A DNA stretch of 64,000 nucleotides from the human T2T-CHM13v2.0 reference genome, Homo sapiens: positions 14,880,001 through 14,944,000 of the forward strand of contig CP068257.2 in NCBI GenBank assembly GCA_009914755.4. The letters are read 5' to 3'. The translations under genes and the position numbers were made by a program. The notes under the pieces are model-generated. The model did not search any database, had not been told where the DNA came from, and saw only the letters and a program-made list of their open reading frames with translations. Positions 19,802-34,251 of the stretch are shown here, in pieces (position 1 is the stretch's first letter; each line of letters opens with the position of its first letter).

Positions 19802-20345
19802 TTTTTTTTTTTTTTTTTATTATACTCTAAGTTTTAGGGTACATGTGCACATTGTGCAGGTTAGTTACATATGTATACATGTGCCATGCTGGTGCGCTGC
19901 ACCCACTAATGTGTCATCTAGCATTAGGTATATCTCCCAATGCTATCCCTCCCCCCTCCCCCGACCCCACCACAGTCCCCAGAGTGTGATATTCCCCTTC
20001 CTGTGTCCATGTGATCTCATTGTTCAATTCCCACCTATGAGTGAGAATATGCGGTGTTTGGTTTTTTGTTCTTGCGATAGTTTACTGAGAATGATGGTTT
20101 CCAATTTCATCCATGTCCCTACAAAGGATATGAACTCATCATTTTTTATGGCTGCATAGTATTCCATGGTGTATATGTGCCACATTTTCTTAATCCAGTC
20201 TATCATTGTTGGACATTTGGGTTGGTTCCAAGTCTTTGCTATTGTGAATAGTGCCTCAATAAACATACGTGTGCATGTGTCTTTATAGCAGCATGATTTA
20301 TAGTCCTTTGGGTATATACCCAGTAATGGGATGGCTGGGATAATT
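19802..20345 (-). mobile_element. LINE-1 (young L1PA-like) 3'-end fragment, 5'-truncated insertion with poly-A (read here as poly-T)
   Basis: The reverse complement reads as the canonical L1 ORF2 C-terminus and 3'UTR ('...atcccagccatcccattactgggtatatacccaaagga...cataggtgggaattgaacaatgagatcacatggacacagg...taaccctaaaacttagagtataataaaaaaa'). ORF 20024..20266(-), 'MFIEALFTIAKTWNQPKCPTMIDWIKKMWHIYTMEYYAAIKNDEFISFVGTWMKLETIILSKL...', is the L1 ORF2 tail. The poly-T at 19802-19819 is the element's A-tail. Confidence 0.88.
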
Positions 20346-21456
20346 CTTGATCTCTTAAAATTGGCATTGTCTTGTGTGTCCCTTAATTTTTAACCTTATT
20401 CTATGCTATGTGAAGGCGTGAATTAAATCATATTTCTCTCCTACATCCAATATCTCTTAAATCCCAATTTTGTTTCTCTTCATCTGAACTCTTAGAGTAC
20501 TTATTTGACAACAATCATAGTCAGTCTGTGTTTCTAATTACTTTTTATATGTTTATATAGTATATAAGAAGATTAGATCATATGCTGTATAATTTGTGTA
20601 AATTTGTACACAATAGGCACTTAATAAATTGTGCTTTATTGAAATTAAAAATAAAATTGACACTTATTAATGATAAGAACCTTAGAGATCAAATGGCCCA
20701 TTTTCCAGATGACCAAACTGAGGCCCAGTTTCTTTAATGATTCTGCCAAGGTCAATCTACTAGTTACGGACATAACTCAGATTTCAAACCATTTCAGTGA
20801 CCTATCCAAGAAGAAATATTTTAGAATTGCTGTCATTAGATTTTTAGTTAGTACTCCATTTTAATGTGTCATTAAACAAATTTTAATAAAGTTGATTGAA
20901 ATTAGAGAATAGACTTTTGTTTCCGAAAGGCTATAAATCACATAGTAATTTAGCTTCAAGCTCAAATATGATAGACATATAATTAAAATGATTTAAAATA
21001 AACTCATCCCTTCAATTATTTCTTTCCAAGTACCATTGCACCCTCATTCTTCTAGGCAAAGAGAGGAAGTTATCTACCTCAGTTACATTCTGATATTTCT
21101 CCTCCTTCTAGAACACTTCTCCAAGAGAGGAGAGTATGGCCTAGCAGTTGGTGGTGTATCTTAAGCAAAAAGGAAAAAAACAAACTATATATTGTTCAAT
21201 CTGTTAGCACTGTGTTGCTCAGAAAAATGAAAGTTAATATTAAATGGTAACCGTAACTAAATCCAACTTCAAGTTTCAATTGTTCATGCCCTCCATGAGA
21301 TAGGCAAGATATTATGTAAGGTGCTTTCACAGGGATCATAAACTTAAGTAACTTCTGGGTCCAGGTAGTATAAGCCAGACTTTTAAGACAAGGGGAAGTA
21401 ATGGGGACTGTGGTAGACCAAAGAAGGCATATTTACCTTTAAGATATTTCAAAATA

Positions 21457-21758
21457 GGCCAACGCCGTGGCTCACGCCTGTAATTCCAGCATTTTGGGGG
21501 GCCGAGGTGGGCGGATCACCTGAGGTGAAGAGTTCAAGATCAGCCTGGCCAACATGGTAAAACCCCCTCGCTACTGAAAACACAAAAATTAACTGGGCGC
21601 GATGGTGGGCACTCGTAATCCCAACTACTCAGGAGGCTGAGGCAGGAGAGTCGCTTGAACTGGGAGGCAGAGGTTGCAGTGAGTTGAGATCACGCCACTG
21701 CACTCCAGGCTGGGCCACAGAGCGAGACTGTCTCAAAAAAAAAAAAAAAAAAAAAAAA
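21457..21758 (+). mobile_element. Alu SINE with ~25-nt poly-A
   Basis: 'ggccaacgccgtggctcacgcctgtaattccagcattttgggg...' through 'gcactccaggctgggccacagagcgagactgtctc' plus an A run. The flanks share 'agatatttcaaaata' and 'agatattttaaaata' as TSD. Confidence 0.92.
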
Positions 21759-23239
21759 GATATTTTAAAATAACTCTTGTTAGTATGAATTTGGATCCCA
21801 AGGGCAGCCAGTTTTCCATTTCTGATATGAAGGTATCAGATAGTAAAGCAAAATTTCAAAAAACTTATTATTTTGATGAAGCTAACAGCATCTTTTCATA
21901 AAGTTAAACTAGATAATTTGGGATCGTTTTACTACTCTCAAGTCATTATAAAGTTCATATAAAAGACAACTTCTATGCTGACATTGTTATTTCAAATAGA
22001 TATGTATGTTGCATGACAGTCGACATGGTTTCTTGAATTTAACTGACTAATGAAAAATATTCATTCATCAAGCAATAATTAGCAACCACAATATTATTTT
22101 GATGTCATTTTAATAAAAGAAGTGTAGTAGTAGTAGTAATTGTAATATTCTTGGTAGGAATATATAATTTTCAGTTTGTATTTGCATATAAACCGCAATG
22201 TACAAAAAATGAAATTCTTATAATTCTTATGCTCAGGTAATTGATGCTATAGATGGATAAATATATAGCATTTTCAAGTTAGAAAAAACAAAATGTTAAA
22301 TAGAATGAAGACTAAGTTCAAGTATTCTCATCTCCATATAAAGTCGGGCAACTGAGTAGAGTTCAAAAGTAAAGAAACATTGGTATTGTTAATTATATTT
22401 TATTGTGTTATAATTAAAAGACCAATTATACATAAATCTGGAATTAGATCAGGTTCCTGTCCATAAATTTTCGATATAATTTAATCCAGTGAATCTAAAT
22501 GTGTAAAAGAGAAATGACAAAACCACTTATGAAAACACAGAGTTTCTAGTAGTAAAAAAACATGTATTGTCAATTTTGTTGTCTGTTGTAGAAGCCCTCT
22601 TATTTAATATAATTGGGATCAATAGTCAATGAGTTAATGCACTCAGATATTAAAATAAATTGATCTTAAAAACAAATACATACACACAACCTACATTTTA
22701 TTTAAATTTTAAACACTTGATTATATATTTATTTGCCAATAATTTTATGTAAACCAAGAACTTTTTTTTTTGGTTTACGTTGTTGGTTACAGATTATAGT
22801 CATCCTTCCTTTCAATAAATCCTATAATGCATCATATATGATTTCTAATTTTTCATCGCGTCATGAATGTCTTTAAGTAAGTTCAAATCCAATGCAAAGA
22901 AATCTAAGAGCAGAATTCTACTTTCTCCAATTTTTTTCTAAGCTTCTGAAATTGTCTTTCCCACATGTTATTCTATAGCATTGTGGGTTTTTTTAAGTGA
23001 CTGAATTTTATTAAATCTTCCCTAAATATTCAACTTAGAGGTATAGAACAACAATTCTCATTTTCTTTACAATTATATTTCAATTTGTTTATGTGATATT
23101 TAATTAAATTGTGCAATTCGGTATATGCAAAACTGGCATAAACTGGTTTGGGAGCAAACGTAATGGACTCCAGGGAGGCATGTAAACCACTTGGTGGGAG
23201 CAGACATGTTCAACTGGGTGTTCCAGAAATCTTGATGGC

Positions 23240-23425
23240 GACGGAACTGTTCTCTCTGCACTGTCCAAAACAATAGCCACTGGCCACATGAAGCTATTGA
23301 GCACTTGAAGTACGTCTAGTGTGACTGAAAAATGAATTTTAAATTTTAGTTAATTTTAGTTGACTCAAATTTAAATAGCTACATGTGGTTTGCAGTTAAG
23401 GCAGTAGGCTGTGCAGTTCTAGAGA
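23240..23425. mobile_element. Palindromic non-autonomous DNA transposon (MER-type MITE), copy 1
   Basis: Inverted-repeat structure: 'tgcactgtccaaaacaatagccactggccacatgaagctattgagcacttgaag ... tttaaatagctacatgtggtttgcagttaaggcagtaggctgtgcag'. A related copy lies at ~60.83-60.96 kb. I could not recall the exact family name with certainty. Confidence 0.6.
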
Positions 23426-23883
23426 GTAGCTCACTTGCATTTAGCATTTAGCAGCCAGGATATCTGTTAAGAATATCAGATAATCTGCAAAGTGGCTAAT
23501 GGTTAAGAATACTACTGTAGTTGAATTAAGATACACTTAGGAAATGCAGATTGATTTGGAATGTGTTTGTTTTGCTTTTTTTGTTTCATTTTATCATCTT
23601 TTACATTTGTCTTTTTTTATATTTGAGTCTAAATTTAGTTTTGAGGAATTTTTTAAACTTTATTCGAAATAAGGAAGCCAATGAGTAAAACGTTAAACAC
23701 TACAGAGATTTACAGCTCTTTATGTAGCATTCAATTCAACCGAAAACTAATCAGAAAGTAATGACATTCCTTCTCATATTGGCAAAAAAAAAGTTCTTAA
23801 TTCAGCATAATAGATCCATAGGAACCATAGGATGAATTTGTTGAGTCTTTAGAACCTTTGAAATATTTATATTAATAGTTTAA

Positions 23884-24285
<402 letters not shown>

Positions 24286-24666
24286 TAATAATAACTCCAT
24301 GAGGTTACTGTTTAATACTTTTTGAGGTGCCTGAATTTAATTCAGTGTAAACTGTGATAGAATCGAAAGCCTTCATTTACAAATATTGTAAATCTATCAA
24401 TCCACATATATGTTAAATTATAAAATGTATACATGTTATTAAATATGTAAAAATTTTATGTATTGCACAATATATAATTTATATGTAATTAATAATACAT
24501 TTATAATTTAATTACTTAGATAAACCTGTGGAACAAAGTTGACATAAGAAAAAAGGTAGCTTAATTCTTTGGAAGGACTAAATTAAATTGGATAGGTAAA
24601 ATTGGTATTATATTAAGTTTGAACATTTAACTCTAAATTACTGGACATATCATAAAAATGTAGACT

Positions 24667-24830
24667 GAAGCCACACATGGTGGCATGCGCCTGTAGTCTC
24701 AGCTATTCAGGAGACAGAGGTAACAGGATTGTTTGCGTCCAGGAGTTTGAGGGTGTTGTGAGCTGTCATCTCCAACCTGGGTGATGGAGGGAGATCCCAT
24801 CTCTAAAAAAAATAAAATAAAATAGATTGA
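24667..24830 (+). mobile_element. Partial Alu (free right monomer/FRAM-like or truncated AluJ)
   Basis: 'gccacacatggtggcatgcgcctgtagtctcagctattcaggagacagaggtaacaggattgtttgcgtccaggagtttgagggtgttgtgagctgtcatc...' is only ~160 bp and ends in an A-rich tail. Confidence 0.7.
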
Positions 24831-25286
24831 GCCATCTCTCAGTTTTACAATATAAGTACATTTACTTTTTATTAATGAATAACTGGGCTTATTAAAGTGG
24901 TGCTTTACGAGTGAGGTTTATGAAACATAAAAAGATAGTCATCAGTTTCATGCTAAATGAGAGAACTTGCCTCATGTGAAAACATCGGGAAAATTAGAAA
25001 ACTGTACTTTTATATGTTTTTAAAATAAAATATTTGTTTTAATGTATTTGTATGTTTCCCTTTTTAATCACAGTTGGTCCTTGAACATCACAGGGGTTAG
25101 GGGTCCTCACCCCCGGATGTAGTTGAAAATTTGGGTATAACTTTTGACTCCTCAAAAGCTTAAGTACTAATAGCCTACTTACTGATAACATAAACAGTCT
25201 TACTGATAACATAAACAGTTAATTAACATATATTTTGTATGTTATATGCATTATATACTATATTCTTACTCTAAAGTATACTTGAG

Positions 25287-25588
<302 letters not shown>

Positions 25589-25699
25589 GTATTCTTGAGA
25601 AGAGAAAATGTTATTAAGAAAATTGTATGAGAAAATATTCCACTGCTCATTAAGTTAAAGTGGATAATCATAAAAGCCTTTATCTTAATTGTCTTCAAG

Positions 25700-25800
25700 T
25701 TGAGTAAGCCAAAGAGGAGGAGGGAGAGGAGGAATTGGCCTTGTCGCCTCAGGGGTGGGAGAGGCGAGGGCAGAGGCAGGAGAGGCAGGCACACTCGTTG
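25700..25800. repeat. GA/GGA-rich purine tract
   Basis: 'gccaaagaggaggagggagaggaggaattgg...ggagaggcgagggcagaggcaggagaggcagg'. Confidence 0.6.
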
Positions 25801-28620
25801 TAAGTTTTATTGAATAAAATTCACATATAAGGGAACCTGTACAATTCCAACCTGTGTTGTTCAAGAGTCAACTGTGACATTTTTAATCTATCAACTACCA
25901 ATTCCAAAGACATCAAGTAGGATGGCTTCCACTGCAATAGTATTAGTCTTCTTATAAAAGTGAGAAAACCAGGGTCAGGGAGTTACACATATAAATTCCT
26001 TACAGCCACATAAAAGGTAAATCCCAGACTGAAGCAGATATATCTTACTCCAAAGGATTTGATTTTAATCATCTTGTTATAATGTCTCCTGTGACAGAGA
26101 ATTAGAAACTTGAAAGCATTAGGTATCCACAGTAAAAATTTGCAAGTAAGGTTTTTCTCTGTTTTATTTAGAATGAATGTGCAGCCTCCCCAGTCCAACT
26201 GACCAGCTTCCTGTGCTTTCAGAGACCTTTTCTAGACCAGTATTACAATTTGGAGATCCACACAATAAAAGTTCAAGGAGCTGTCTTCTCTTTCTGAGTT
26301 TTTAAAATATAGACTAGCATATGGTTACTAAACCTAACCTATCTAAAAACAGCAAATATATTTGCTTCTAACTGGGGATTTATCAGGTTAATGTGGTAAT
26401 ATGTTTATTTGAGGATTAAAAAAAAATTGTGCATTATCACTCAGTCTTTTAACTTCAGATTATTTCCATTTAAAAATTCTAAGTATTTCAAAACATGGGA
26501 GAACAATAAACTTTACGTCACAGACTACTTGAGATTAACTGACTAATATTTGGGAAGCATCTAGATAACACAGTTTCTTACATAATATAGGGGCCCAGAG
26601 AAGACTCCGTTTTTCCTTCCCCCGCTTAAGAATTAAGAATCTTAAGAATTAAGAATGATTAAGAATCACTTGACCCTCACTTACTGTTTTCCTTCCTGCT
26701 CTGGGTTTTAAGACCTTTTAGAACAATGACCCTCAGCTGGGCATGAATGGGAGGGGAATGTGAGGCGGGAGGTGGGTGTGGTTGGAAAAGTCTTCAATAC
26801 TATTCAGATTTTACCTCTGCATGGGCACCCATTTCGGTAAGAATCCATTCTGTGATATTATTTCAGAGGCGAAGGAAAGGCTACCCCTCCTTCAAAATAG
26901 CTTGGTCTTACATTGCACATTTAACTTAGAGCACAATGACTATCCCTTGTTCTCCAGTAATATAGTGGTTGAACTCCACCCTGGAGTCAGGATCCCTGAG
27001 TTTATAGTGAGTGTGAGTCAACACCAACTATAAAAGCTGACCTTTTCATCAGTGCTTTGTGGTCTTTATCTGTAATGTGAAAATTATAACACCAATGTTG
27101 CAAGATTTTCGAGAGAATTAAAAGATTATATGCACATGACCTTTAGCAACCATGATGCCTAGTAGGTAATAGGAGTTGAATAAAAGGTAATTACTATCAT
27201 TAGGCATATTAACTGAGGCAGTGTATTGTTTGCTTATAAAGGTTCCGCATGCTCAGTGCTGCAGAATTTATATAGGCAGAGCCGTCGCAAGAAATGTTGG
27301 GAGGTGGTTTTTTTTGTTTTTGTTTTTGTTTTTTCTGACGGTCCTCTTATCTTCAAAACATCATGGCACTGCTGCCTGGATTTGCTGGTTTGAATAGGCC
27401 ACATTTCAGCTATTCTTCTCATTGTCAGGTCATGGCAAATAATAAGTCTCACCTTTTCTTTCTGAAATTGCATTCCCGCTTCATTCATCTGAAGTTAATT
27501 CTTTTCTTTTTTGTATCATGCTTATTTTGCAAACATGAACAATCTTGTCACTACCGTGTATATGCAAATAAAGTGAAATGATAAATTGCTTAAGTGTCTC
27601 CGTTTTTCTATCTGTAGAATAGGGGTCATAATCCCTTCCTGTTGCACTTTTCCAGACAGTTGAGAAAATAAAAACACGTAATGTAGAGAAAAGAGCATCA
27701 GTATTCTCATAAATAGAAAATTAAGCCATTTAGACTATGTACAGGAAGTTTGATAAGTAGACTTCCAGAAAAGAAGTGGCAAAGTATTCTTTAATTGTTC
27801 ATTCCCTAAGAAAAAGCTGTCTCTCTCAATCTTTTGATACCTCTGTCTTTCTTTCCCTCTCTGTCTACCCGCCTCTGTTCTGTGTGCCTAGATCCTGTTA
27901 ATATTTTCTCTCCTCTACTATTTTCATGTCTGCATGTAATTTTTTTTCATATCTAGCCAAGTGCCAAAATAACATTATGTTTGATATATCAATTAATTTT
28001 TTAATTAAATCAATTAATGAGAACAGCTAGAGAAATGTAGATTTTAGTTCACATGAAACTGGAGGGTACTGGCTACGTTGTAATTAATATATTAATAGTT
28101 TGTCAGTCTTGGTCATTGTCTTGGTCAGAGGATGCCATAGGAAGCTAGATCAGTCCTGTAATTTCTTCCTATTTTTTTTTTTTAAATAAAGCCAATTATT
28201 TCCATATAAGCTAGGTATGCACTCCATACCTGTTTGATAAGATTGATTACATTAAACATTTCTCACAGGAAAATGAGTCTATATTTTATGTTTAATTTTA
28301 ATTTTCACTTTGTAGAAACTAAGTTCAGTGTGCCGTGCTGATCCAGTGAAAGCATGTGCAGTAATTTCATTGTAACCAGTTTTCACTTTAGATAGTGGCC
28401 AGGAGATGTTTGAACCGGGTTATGAGTTTGTGAGGTTTTGAGCATGGTTCTTCCTTCTTTCCCTAGGCTGGATAGAGTACTATAGCAGGGTATTGGATGG
28501 TTTCCCAAAGCAGGATAACTTCCAGGGAGGAAGCATCACAGATGTCTGAAGTTCAGTGGTATAATGCACTTTTATTACTCCTCTGTTCCTGGCCTACAAA
28601 TCTGCAGAAAAGACATATGA

Positions 28621-28994
<374 letters not shown>

Positions 28995-30466
28995 TAAGCT
29001 TAACATCTATTCTGTTTATGGTGTTGTCAGAGATTTGGGGAACTGGGATAATGAGTTTGTCCATTTCAACTGTTGATTATTTTACTAATGGCTATGAAAG
29101 TGCTATGATGTTCAGAGCAGGTCTTTTCACATTTGATGGATAATTTTGGGAGCAGGGAAGATAGACCTTATTTCCTTGCTTAGAGTTTCATTTCAAAACA
29201 TGGATTTTAGATATAGGACTGCCAGTTTTAGCAAAATAAAAATATGAGACATGCAGTTAAGTCTGAATTTTAGCTAGACAATAAATAATTTTAGAATATT
29301 AGTATGTCCAATATGTCATATTGTTTTTACTGCTTATTGGAAATTCAATTTTGACTATACATCTTCTATTTTTATTTGGCAACTTTATTTAGATAGTATT
29401 TTCCATAATGAAGTGTCTTACTCCTGTTTCTCCATATATTTCCACTCACAGTAAGTAAAGGAATAGAAACTAACGAATAAAATTCATGTATGAAATATCA
29501 GGGGAAAAATACAAAATTAAAATAATTTATATTAAATTAATAGAAAATCAAAGAAAATGCCCTTTTTCTAAATGCCAGAATCATATAAAATTTGTATTAG
29601 GCTATGTTTATTTTATATGATTAAACAAAATGGTTTAGCAAATGGCATTTAATAAACAAAAGCCAGTTTATAACATTAGCATAAACTTCAGAGGATTAAA
29701 AATTTGTTACAGTGTCTAAGCCATATTTCTGGTGGGTTTCTGTGATATTCTATGTGGTCTTTGCATTAGTTACTACAGAGTATTTTTCGGTGCAAGTTCT
29801 GGAGGGAAAGTTTTCTAAGAAATGAACATTCCCATTAAAGGAATTTCACTCTTCAATTAATAGAAAGCATCATTTGTTTTTCACATGATCTGTTGCTATC
29901 GGTTCCTTTAAAATGTTTGTTAGCTTTTTAAACATCTGTTGCTGTAAGAAGATAAATCTTACACACATTACTTGTGCTGTGTGTTTGCCCCAGAGTCAAG
30001 TCAATGTTTTACATGGCGCCTAGAGATCTGTGATAACAGCTCACTGGCTGTGTTCCTGCACGTCATAATCTAACCCTTTCCCGTATCCTGATCTCTTCCT
30101 TCCTGACCATCCTCACCATCCTCAGCTCAGTGGCTCTCCCCATTTCCTGTTTTGCTCAGACCCTCACCAGAGCCAAGCTCTCCAGCCAGGTCTTCTCCCT
30201 ACATTCATCAGCCACCGCCCTCCGTCCGCCCGGCTGCGGCAATTCTGTCCTACTTTTGCAGCCTGAACCCTGAGCAGAGAATAACAAACCTGGAAACTTT
30301 CATAGTGTCACCCAAAGTCACACCGCACACACATGTGCTTGGCCACGTATTCACACATAATGATTTTTTTTTAATTTAATGAGGGAATTGTTATGTAAAT
30401 TTGGCACCATTTCTTTTTGTTTTATATGGATGGACATGAGCACTTAAAGATTAAGAGGTTATTTTC

Positions 30467-30788
<322 letters not shown>

Positions 30789-31349
30789 TTATTTTCAAAC
30801 TTGCATAGTCACACGTCAAGGCAGGAACCCAAGCCCTGCCATCAAATCAAAGTTTTGAGATTTAAGTTCTTCCTCTGTAATACAGGATCGTATGGTCCCA
30901 GAGTTAAAATAGAACTTAAAATACCTAGCTGAAGTGCTTATAGTTATCAGAAAATGTTTGTTTCTTCCCTGCAATTTTCACTAAAGTGAAGAAGACGTGT
31001 GAGAGACAATTTGTGAGACCTAATTCTGGTTGAGGCTAAGAATTCCATTCGTTTTCCAGTCACTGACAAATTTATTTAACTCTTTTGCTTTTGGACATGT
31101 TTCTTTGTCACACAAGGTTGTTCTGTGATTATATGTTTCTATAATCTTTTCAGTTTAAAATTTGACTTAATAATTAGCATATAGCAAGTCAAGAATTTTT
31201 TTTTTTGCAAGTCAACAATTTTCAAATGAATAAATGCATGAGTAAATGGTGGTATCCCTTGCTTTACTACAAATAATACAAAATATTTTGCAATTGTTTA
31301 ATGACACATTTGAGAGTGACATAGGTATTTTATTGTTTCTGTGGATTTT

Positions 31350-31549
31350 TGTTTGTTTGTTTTTCTAGATGGAGTCTCGCTCTGCCGCCCAGGCTGGAGT
31401 GCAGTGGCGCTATCTCAGCTCACTGCAGGCCCCGCCTCCCGGGTTCACGCCATTCTCCTGCCTCAGCCTCCTGAGTAGCTGGGACTACATGCGCCCGCCA
31501 CCACGCCTGGCTAATTTTTTGTATTGGTAGAGACGGGGTTTCACCGTTC
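31350..31549 (-). mobile_element. Alu SINE fragment (AluY-like right arm plus part of the left arm, ~200 bp), missing its 5' ~100 bp
   Basis: Reverse-complement Alu: 'gatggagtctcgctctgccgcccaggctggagtgcagtggcgc...cgcctcccgggttcacgccattctcctgcctcagcctcc...gagacggggtttcaccg', after which the Alu similarity stops. A (TTTG)n tail sits at the head. Confidence 0.85.
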
Positions 31550-32120
31550 TGTGGGTATTTTAAAGTAAACTCTAGGACATTTTTAAGTAGTTGGATTTTT
31601 AAAAATTGTCCCACATACTAAGTTACATTTTTTACACAGTTGCAGCACAGTACTTACCTTTGATCCTCGTTTGAGCCTCTGGCTTTCTTTAGCCTGCTTA
31701 AGCTCTGTCCTCTCTCTCTTTACTCTTCTATTCAAAGAGTAGTATGTATTTTGTAAAGATTTTGTAATCTTGCCTACTAATAAAGTTTACATTCCTCAGC
31801 AGGAGAGTAAGGAACTTTACAATCTGCTTCCAATGCACCAACATAAACTCGTATCAGGCTGTCTCTTCATCTCCTGTGTCCACCATTTCCCAGCCCCTAC
31901 GTGTACACCACTACTTTATATTTCACTCACACTGGGGCTCCATGCACCAACGTAGCACATGAGCAGTGGTGTGTAGCAGAAGGCAAGAAAGTCCATAAGC
32001 GTAGGCTTTGGAATGAGGCAATCAGAGCTCAAATGTAGCTGTAGCTGTATCATTTTGTAGCTACACGGCTATCTCTGTCTCCATCAACCTCACTTGTTTT
32101 ACCTATGACTAAAATAATAT

Positions 32121-32495
<375 letters not shown>

Positions 32496-33304
32496 TTATG
32501 AAGTGTTTGGTACAGGGAAGGCAATAAGTGTAAGCTATTGTGATACAATAAAGATGGACATGAAAGTTTTTGCTTATTTTGGTTATTCTGTCTAAAAAGG
32601 TTTGAATTACTTTTATTTGTGGCAAAATTGCATAATCTTTGAGATCTGCTAACCTTTATATTCACATTAAAATGTAATTAATAATGATTATGTTGCATGC
32701 CACTCTCTTATTTCTTAGTTGACATTGTATCTTTTCCTAGTCTGACTTTTCTCCAGATTAACACTTTAAAAAAAGTCATACGCAATCAGAGTAAAGGGAA
32801 TTTGTCAGTCATTTACTCCAATATCCTCATCTAATAATTAACAAAACTGAAGTTCAAACTCGTTGATAACTAACATATTTTTGTGAGATTGTTGTATAAT
32901 GTCTGCCTTCGTAGTAGCCTGTGAATTTCCAAAAAGTAGAAAACCACGTCTGTGTGAATGGCTTAGTATCAACAATGATTGATATAGGGTGAACTCTCAG
33001 TGATGAATATTTCTGGAATAAGAGAATGTTGTGGAACTACTTCTGGCCAGACTTCTTAATTGTAGGCTGGTGCTTTTTGTGTTATACTATGTTTCTTTTC
33101 ACTCAAACCTCATCTTGTTTTGCAGATTCACTTATTAAAAATCTCTCCTGAAAGTTTTTGTATATCCTGGAGTGGCCCACATAAAACTGATCGTTATGAG
33201 ATCCAGGAACTCTCCTGGTTGTATAATGTGATCACCTGCTTTTGGAGGTCTAATGATGCATACCCCCAGAGACAGACCAAGGAAAAAGTAAAGCTGAAGC
33301 AATA

Positions 33305-33336
33305 ACTTATTTATTTACTTACTTACTTACTTACTT
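33305..33336. repeat. (TTAC)n microsatellite
   Basis: 'tttacttacttacttacttacttt'. Confidence 0.85.
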
Positions 33337-33688
33337 TTTCCTGGCTAAGATGATCTAGACATGTGGATCTTCTATCCTTGGCATCAAATTTGGTGCTCCT
33401 TTCTTGTGTCTAACAATTAATTGCTTCAACCTTAATTTCACAGTAGTACCAATTTTGTGTTAACCTTGGCTGTCTGCAGACTACTTTCATTCTTGTTGCT
33501 TATTTCTACTCTTTAGTAACCCGGAGAGAAGCAGAAAAGTTTATAGGACTTGTGTTCTATAAATGAGGGAACTAAGGCTTTGTCTGAATTCAGATACCCT
33601 CTCTGCCATCATACTGTTTTTACGTTGTGCAGTTTTGCCTCCCTTCACTGGGTTGGGGCTGCCTTAGAACTATGGTTGAGCTAAGGAT

Positions 33689-33958
33689 GAGGTGGCCTCC
33701 ACCTGTAATCCCGGCACTTTGGGAGGCCAAGGAATGTGGATAGCTTGAGGTCAGGAGTTCGAGACCAGCATAGGCAACATCGTGAAACCCTGTCTCTACT
33801 AAAAATACAAAAACTAGCTGGGTGTGATGGTGCATGCCTATAGTCCCACCTACTTGAGAGACTGAGGCAGGAGAAGTGCTTGAATCTGGGAGGCAGAGGT
33901 TGCAATGAGCCAAGACTGTGCCACTGTACTCCAGCCTGGGCGACAGAACAAGACTCTG

Positions 33959-33989
<31 letters not shown>
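33689..33989 (+). mobile_element. Alu SINE (5' few bp truncated) with ~27-nt poly-A
   Basis: 'ggtggcctccacctgtaatcccggcactttgggaggccaaggaatgtggatagcttgaggtcaggagttcgagaccagc...' through '...ctccagcctgggcgacagaacaagactctgtctt' plus A27. Confidence 0.9.
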
Positions 33990-33992
<3 letters not shown>

Positions 33993-34067
33993 AACTGGGC
34001 CTCAGTTTGGTCATCTGGAAAATGAGCCAGATGGTCTCTAAGGTTCTTACCATTAATAAGTCTCTTC

Positions 34068-34251
34068 CAAAAATACAAAAAAATTAGCTGGGCATGGTGC
34101 CACACACCTGTGGTCCTAGCTACTCTGGAGGCTGAGGTGGGAGGATTGCTTGAGCCCAGGAAGCAGGTGTTGTAGTGAGCCAAGATCATGCCACTGCATT
34201 CCAGCCTGGACAACACAGCAAGACTCTGTCTTAAAAATAAATAAATAAATA
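34068..34251 (+). mobile_element. Alu right-arm fragment (5'-truncated) with (AAAT)n tail
   Basis: Begins in the A-rich linker ('aaaatacaaaaaaattagctgggcatggtgccacacacctgtggtcctagctactctggaggctgaggtgggagg...') and ends 'caagactctgtcttaaaaataaataaataaataa'. Confidence 0.85.

Noticed and set aside
26620-26665. Short 'aagaatt' tandem (about 5 copies)
   Set aside because: Too short and degenerate to call a satellite. It is probably slippage noise.
33620-34216. 198-aa minus-strand ORF, the longest in the track
   Set aside because: It spans two adjacent Alu elements (33689-33989 and 34068-34251) and the poly-A between them. The peptide is the standard Alu-antisense read-through ('[16 protein letters not shown]...[23 protein letters not shown]').
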